Assembly: GCA_000002445.1 (NCBI GenBank)
Contig: AE017150.2
Coordinates: 480,001 to 544,000 of the forward strand
DNA length: 64,000 nt
Direction of reading: 5' to 3'
DNA from: Trypanosoma brucei
Lineage: Eukaryota
Shown here in pieces: positions 58,136 to 64,000 of this stretch (position 1 is the first letter of the stretch; every line of letters begins with the position of its first letter). The notes under the pieces are model-generated. The model made no database searches and was not told the origin of the DNA. It saw nothing but the letters and a program-made list of their open reading frames with translations. A program made the translations under genes and the position numbers.

Positions 58136-58508
58136 GAATATATGTAAAAGGGAAGAAGGGAGGGACGGCAGCGGCAGCGGCAGCGGCATTGGCATTGGCA
58201 TTGGCGATGACGGTGAAGGTTATGATGATGATGATGGTTGTGGAGCCAACAGTGAATGTAAGGGGAGAAAGGAATTTTATAAACGTGAGTGTGTATGTGC
58301 TTCCACTGGTGTATTTCTTTGTGAGACTTGGGGATTTTTCTGGGTTTCCCTCTCTTTTTTTTTTTGGTTTCGTAGGTGTTTTTGTGCGTACATAAATATA
58401 TGTGTTTTTTTCTTCCTTTTTGCGCTTTTTGGCAGTATTTGAGTTCCCAGGGTGTTTTTTAGTGTGTGTGTGGGTGGGCGACATGTAAAAAAAATATCAA
58501 TGAACAAG

Positions 58509-58533
<25 letters not shown>
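58509..58533. repeat. (TA)n microsatellite
   Basis: tatatatatatatatatatatatat. Confidence 0.9.
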
Positions 58534-58539
<6 letters not shown>

Positions 58540-59632
58540 CGTATATATGTTTTGTTGTATATATATGTATATTTATACATAATTTATATATACTTGTATT
58601 TGCGTGGGTGTTTGTGCTTCTCTCTTTGTTCGCTTGCTTGTTGTTTGTTTGCTTTTTTTTTCTTTGTTTGGGGAAGAGGGTAATCGTTTTTTTTGTTTTT
58701 TTGACGTGGCAGGGTGTGATGAAGCGCTGTGATGTTTTTGTTTTACTTTAAACCCTTTCCCTATCCCTTCTGCTTTTTGTGGGCGTGTTTCTTTGTTGGC
58801 GTTTGACAACCATTCGTTATGCTCAACAAGTTCATTCTAGTTATAATTCTCAGAGTGAGCGAGCAATATTCCGTCACTTTCGGGGGTTCTTTTTTTTTTT
58901 TTTGGTTTGGTTATTTTTATTTGGTAATATTTCTTTCCTTCTTTCTTTCTTTCCCCCTCCTTCCTCTTTATTCCAAAAGTTCTCGCCTTTTTTATTTCAT
59001 TTTCTTAGTTTAGCGCAGGCCGTTGCATGTGCACCACCGGAACAAAAAAAAATCAACAGAAAATAAAGATCAAGTAAATAAAACGAAAAAGAAAATAAGA
59101 GAGAGAAAAAAAACGGTAAGGCAAAAAGAAAAAAAACCAAGTTATAAGGAGGGAGCACACATAGAAATATTTACGCACATACAATTTTACCGCCCTTCTT
59201 CTTAATTTTTTCCCTTCTATCCATGTGCTTAATCATCTTATTTGGCTTCTAGTTCTTAGTTCTGTTCGTTTACTTTACTTTACTTTCTTTTTCCCCTTTC
59301 TTTCTTTCTGTTTTTGAATTTGTCTCTCAGAGTTCCATTTTTTTTTTTTATCTTTTATGTTCACATTTCACTCTCCCTCTCTTTAGCGCAGGGTGAAGTG
59401 TGCATTTGTGTGTATTTGTATGTATGGGAGAAACCAACCAACCAACCAATTAAAATATATAAACAAACAAAATAAAAAAGATATTCCGTTGCTACAAGTT
59501 CCGTTCAGCGCCTTTTTTTTGTTTTTGTTTCGTTACTGTTTGTATAATCTCGCTTGTTAATGGTGTGCATGTGTGCAGTTTTAAGGAAACGGTGGGGTCG
59601 CGCGGATTCGTGCGTGTCGTGTGTAATTTCTT

Positions 59633-59663
<31 letters not shown>

Positions 59664-60274
59664 TTGGTCTCTTTATATATCATATGTATTAATTTGAGTG
59701 AACGAAAACAAAACAAAACAGAACGAGAAGGGGGAGGGGAGGGGAGGGAGAACAAAAGAACAACAACACCAATGAAAAAAAAAAAGAAAAGAAAAGAAAT
59801 AAAGGAAGAAAGAAAGAGAAAAAACAACAACAACAACAACAACACGTAAATTGCTGACGTGTATGTCATTTTTCTTCTCTGCATGAATTATCTCCATTGA
59901 ACTTTTCTTCAATATTAACACATAAATGTTTATATATGTTTATATATAAGTTAATGTGTTATAAATATGTATGAATATATAAATATATGAATGTTTCATT
60001 TCATCATCTTTGCATGTTTAGGCAACACCAAGCATAAAAAGGGAGAAGCTGAAGCCGAAAAGAAAAAAGAAAGAAAAGTAAAAAAGCAAAAAAAAAGTAA
60101 TTTAAAAAGCGCGTTTCAATATGTTAGATATAGCAATGATAGTACGGATAATAACAACATTATGTCAACACATTCATATATAAATGAATAAATAAAAATA
60201 TTTATATATATGCAAGGTCTAAGGAAGGTCAGCGAACACGACAATATTAATGCAGGAGGATGATGCTGATGAAA

Positions 60275-60304
60275 CAAACAACAACAACAACAACAACAAC
60301 AACA
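60275..60304. repeat. (AAC)n microsatellite
   Basis: aacaaacaacaacaacaacaacaacaacaa. Similar AAC runs occur at 59824-59844 and 12044-12073. Confidence 0.9.
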
Positions 60305-61345
60305 AAAAGAAAGATGCAATGGCGGTGACGGGAACCGAAAGCAAAGAAAAGAAAAAATACCCCAACAATTTGGTGATTGCGTGCAGGAAATTGCAGATGC
60401 GTATGAGCGATTACATCTCCAGAAACATATATTATATTAATCCAGTTGAATGATGGACTTTACAACTTATCTTAACAAAATTTTTATATTTTTATATTTA
60501 TTAAGTTGTAATAATGTTGATAATAACGTTATATTGATGTGGAAGACCGTCTCTTCATTCATAACAAAATTTATCATTCCGTGTTAAAACTTCAACGAAT
60601 GGAGGAACGCCCCTTCAAAAATAAATAAATAATAATAATAATAATAAAAGGGGTGGTGGTGGTGGTGGTTTGTGGAAAAGGGAGGGGGAAGAAATAATAA
60701 ATGAATGAATGAACTAATAGTTATTAGTTTATGTGTCAGCTTTGTTTGCTTTTTTCCCCCTTTCTGTTTTCCTCTTTTTTTTTTCCTCCTCACTTTACTT
60801 TACTTCACTTTACTTTACTATTTTTTTTCTTCGTTTGCCTTTTGCTCTTTTTTTTTTTGCATTTCTACGTGTTGAAATGTTTCATTAATGGAAGTTGCCA
60901 TCAAAATTCTTCTTCTGCTTTTAACAATTTCTGTTTTACATCCTTTTCATTTATCTACATTTCCTTTGTCTTTTTTTTTTCTTTCTCTGGTTCCACCTAA
61001 AAGGGTTTTAATTTTAACTCTTTGCACATATTTTGCTTCTTTTCTTTCTTTCTTTCTTTTTTCCCCCTTTTTGTCGTCTTGTTTTTTTTTTCTTCTCATT
61101 GAACAATACTTGTTGACAAATAAATCAGCTTTAATACACACAATAGCAAAGCTGAAAGCAAACAACACATACATATTATACATATACATACTCACGTAAA
61201 AAAAAAAAAAGAAGGAAGGCAGGAAAGAAGAGGAAAAACAAAAACAAAAACAAAAAAGACAACAGACTCAAAACAAAACAAAACAACACCAACAACACCA
61301 ATAACAAAGAAGAGGAAGAAAGAAAGAAAAAAAAAAGAGGAAATT

Positions 61346-61723
61346 ATGCCCGTTATTGTTGTAAACCTCGTATTTAACCCCCCAGAGGTATCATTGATTG
61401 GTAAAGGCCTCTCCACCTCCATCATGAATCGTCTTGAAAGCGAACTCATCGTGCGAACCACCACCAGCCGTCCCGTCACCGCCAGCATGGGAACTGAAGG
61501 GCCACTTTTTGTACAAAACCCCAACGGCTGCCCGGCTGGAGCGGAGGTTTGGCGCCTCACAATTCCCAACCATTACTGCGATGATTTGGCCAAATGTGCC
61601 TTTTTTGGATCAGTCATCAGCGTTATGGAAGGTGATGGATGGTCACTTGTTTGCAGCAGTGCCACCACTACTTCTGGTGATGGGAAGGAAATCTCACGCT
61701 TCTTCTTTTCACGTAGGGCTTAA
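61346..61723 (+). CDS. Small hypothetical protein (125 aa), orphan ORF of complex composition
   Basis: ATG at 61346. MPVIVVNLVFNPPEVSLIGKGLSTSIMNRLESELIVRTTTSRPVTASMGTEGPLFVQNPNGCPAGAEVWRLTIPNHYCDDLAKCAFFGSVISVMEGDGWSLVCSSATTTSGDGKEISRFFFSRRA. It is the only non-repetitive ORF in ~6 kb of low-complexity DNA. A polypyrimidine tract at ~60740-61090 then a purine-rich leader precede it. Confidence 0.4.
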   Translation: MPVIVVNLVFNPPEVSLIGKGLSTSIMNRLESELIVRTTTSRPVTASMGTEGPLFVQNPNGCPAGAEVWRLTIPNHYCDDLAKCAFFGSVISVMEGDGWSLVCSSATTTSGDGKEISRFFFSRRA

Positions 61724-62959
61724 GGGAAATTATACATGAGTGAATGAATGAATGAAGGAATATATATTTATATTTGTATATATTTGTATATATTTGTATA
61801 TATTTGTAGTATCTCTCTCTTTTTTTTCCTTTTTCCTTTTTCCTTTCTTCTTCCTCTTCTCCCTTTCGCTCTCTCATTTTTTCTCTCTCCCCCTCCCTCT
61901 TTTACACTCACACCCATACGCTTATGCTTACGCTTACACACACGGACGCACGCACATGCTTCCGTGCATGCATATATAACTCATTATATACATTGTACAT
62001 ATATGACTCATTATACACACATTATATATATATATATATATACATCAGGTGCTTTTGCAAACAAATATGTATATTTGTAAAAAGAAAAGAAAAGAAAAAT
62101 CAACAGAAGTTTGTAAATAGCAGTGCATGTACATAAAATACGTACATGCGCATATATATATATATATAATGTGTGTATAATGTATATATGTACAATGTAT
62201 ATGTGTGTGCGTGTATGTATATAAATATATAAATATATAAATATATATGTATGTATTAGTTGGGTGTGTTTGCCCTGTTTAGCGGTAAAACAAAGGAAAA
62301 GAAAGAAAAAGAAAAGAAAAAAAAAGAATATATATATATATATATATATATTATAAATATTGAAGTGTAGAGAGCAAAAAGGTGCATGTGTGTTGAAGAG
62401 GAGGAAAAAAAAAAGAAAAAGGGTGAAAGTGAAGGAAGCGGGGAGGAGGAAAAAAAAAAGCAGCTGAAATGATGTTTGTTTGTTTGTTTGTCTATCATTT
62501 TATGTATTTTTTGTTTTTGTAGTTTTGCTTACCTAATTACAAGCGGAAGTGGATGACCAGACATGAAACAAACGAAAATGTAAATATAAATGAAATGAAA
62601 TGAAAGATAACAACAACGGCAACAATAACAAACAACAACGGACAGCGGCAGTAACAAGAAATGTTTAGGAGGTTAGTGTAATATAACTAAGAAAAAAAAA
62701 AAGGAAGAAAAAAAAAGAAAAAGGCGTGTGAGTGTTTGGAGAAATTATTGGGATTATATGATAGAGGGAAACTGTACACCTGACATCCGCCTAATCATCA
62801 TTGTTGCAACATATGTGTTATTTGTACGTATATTTTAGTGGGCATATGAACTTTTCAATTGTGTACGAAATATTCCTTTTTGTTTTTTTTTCCTTTTTTT
62901 TCCTTTTTATAAAAAAAAAAAATAATGTTTGCCGCGTTGGGTTAAGTTGAGGCGTGTTG

Positions 62960-62961
<2 letters not shown>

Positions 62962-62996
<35 letters not shown>
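62962..62996. repeat. (TA)n microsatellite, ~35 bp
   Basis: A direct tatatat... run. Confidence 0.95.
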
Positions 62997-63000
<4 letters not shown>

Positions 63001-64000
63001 GTATATTTATGTCTTTGTTATGTCTTTGTTTGTTTGTTTGTGTGTGCTTTTTTTTTTTTTACTGCTTCACTAACTGAAAGAAATGACGTTGCGGAATGGC
63101 GTTTAAATGTGGAAGAAGTCGTGATGAACAAATTTTTTTTTTAAATTTCTTTTCTTTTCATCTAAACGAGAAAAAAAAAGAAGAAAAGTGACAGCGACAA
63201 ATGCAACAGAAATAAAGTGAAGTAAATTAAAATAAAATGCACCCAAGCAACTGCGCCCGCGCAAAGAAAAGAATTAAAAAAGAAAGGAAAGAGAGGGGAA
63301 AAATAAAATAAAAAGGAAAGCAAATAAAAGAAAAAAAAATATATATAAAAGATGGAAAAAGACAGTGACGCGCAGGAGAAGGCCATAAAGGTGAAATTTA
63401 GGGAGTGTTAATAATTATTACTAATTATCATTATTTTTATCATTATTATTTTCCTTTAAAAAAAAAATAAAGGGAAGGGACAAAAAAGGCGAAGTAAAAT
63501 AATTTTTTTTTGTTTTCTAAAAAAAAAAAGGAAAAGACGGAAATGAATGGGAGAAACTTTAAGTGGATCAATACGTGGGCGATGAAATATTCCACACCGG
63601 CTCATGTATTTCTCGTTGGTGCGTGTGAACAAAAAGAAAAAAAGAAGGAAAACAAAAATAAAAAAAGAAGGAAAGGCATGAGGTGGTCGCAATTTTTCAT
63701 CCATTTGCTTTTTCCTCCTTTTCCATCTTCTTCCCTTCTTTTTTTTTCTTCCATTTTTTTATTTTATTACATTTTATTTTATTTTCTCTTTCCCATGCAT
63801 TATACCAGTTTTGCTCGCTCGCGTAATCCCTCACATTTTATTCCACATATTTATTTATATTTTATAATTTCACTTCCATCCCATTCTGACCATTTCTAAT
63901 TTTGTTCTCTCTCTCTCTCTCTTTTGTTTTTTTTTCTTATTTGGTTCGCATATTCATTGTTTTCTTTTCTTTTTTTTACACGGCTACCGCAACATTGTGA

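Larger units (their letters stand above)
58136..61345. repeat. Low-complexity intergenic expanse: homopolymer runs, (TA)n, (TTTC/GAAA)n, (GCATTG)3 and polypurine/polypyrimidine blocks
   Basis: Examples are gcattggcattggcattggc at 58187, (TA)n at 58509-58533, long T and A runs, and AAC/GAAA-type repeats. Every ORF here is low-complexity (F/L/K-rich) and not credible. Confidence 0.6.

Noticed and set aside
58044-58484. ORFs of 60-160 aa throughout 50.2-53.6 kb and 58.1-64.0 kb (for example 52204-52680 -, 58044-58484 -, 59492-59884 -, 61192-61569 -, 61748-62080 +)
   Set aside because: Their translations are homopolymeric or low-complexity (F/L/K/S/Y runs) and come directly from microsatellites and poly-T/poly-A tracts. 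They are not credible coding sequence.

Overview
This window reads as nuclear DNA of a trypanosomatid, most consistent with the Trypanosoma brucei group. There is no sign of prokaryotic operon structure, and I found nothing that looks like a novel defence-type system.

**Layout.** A minus-strand directional gene cluster runs from about 30.26 kb leftwards and a plus-strand cluster runs from about 39.9 kb rightwards. They are separated by a 9.6 kb gene-free divergent strand-switch region (30264-39904). Gene density, intron-less ORFs, pyrimidine tracts followed by AG upstream of ATGs and abundant low-complexity intergenic DNA all fit kinetoplastid polycistronic units.

**Minus-strand cluster.** The genes I can support are an RPN6/PSMD11 proteasome lid subunit, a Trm7/FTSJ1-type 2'-O-methyltransferase with a large internal insertion, and the SUMO E2 UBC9 with a ~40-aa loop insertion. 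Next come a KREPA1-like RNA-editing protein (two C2H2 fingers plus a C-terminal OB-like region), a type-I membrane protein and a rhomboid-like protease. Two nucleotide-identical tandem VDAC (mitochondrial porin) genes follow, and then several low-complexity hypothetical proteins.

**Plus-strand cluster.** It opens with a ~3429-aa protein built of repeated ASH/MSP-like beta-sandwich modules, which looks like a hydin/CFAP-type ciliary protein. After it come an isolated single-copy histone H4 gene (a candidate H4 variant), a ~1500-aa protein with two transmembrane helices and a C-terminal STE-like Ser/Thr kinase domain, and one small orphan ORF inside about 6 kb of microsatellite-rich low-complexity DNA.

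**Strand-switch region.** Its composition is strand-asymmetric. The left ~4 kb is A+C-rich on the plus strand (G+T-rich for minus-strand transcription). The right ~5.5 kb is G+T-rich on the plus strand. This matches what is described for GT-rich Pol II start regions in T. brucei.

**Caveats.** Many ORF-track starts are non-ATG codons (TTG/GTG), so I trimmed CDS starts to the first in-frame ATG where needed. Antisense shadow ORFs over real genes are not reported. The family assignments come from motif recognition by eye, not from searches.
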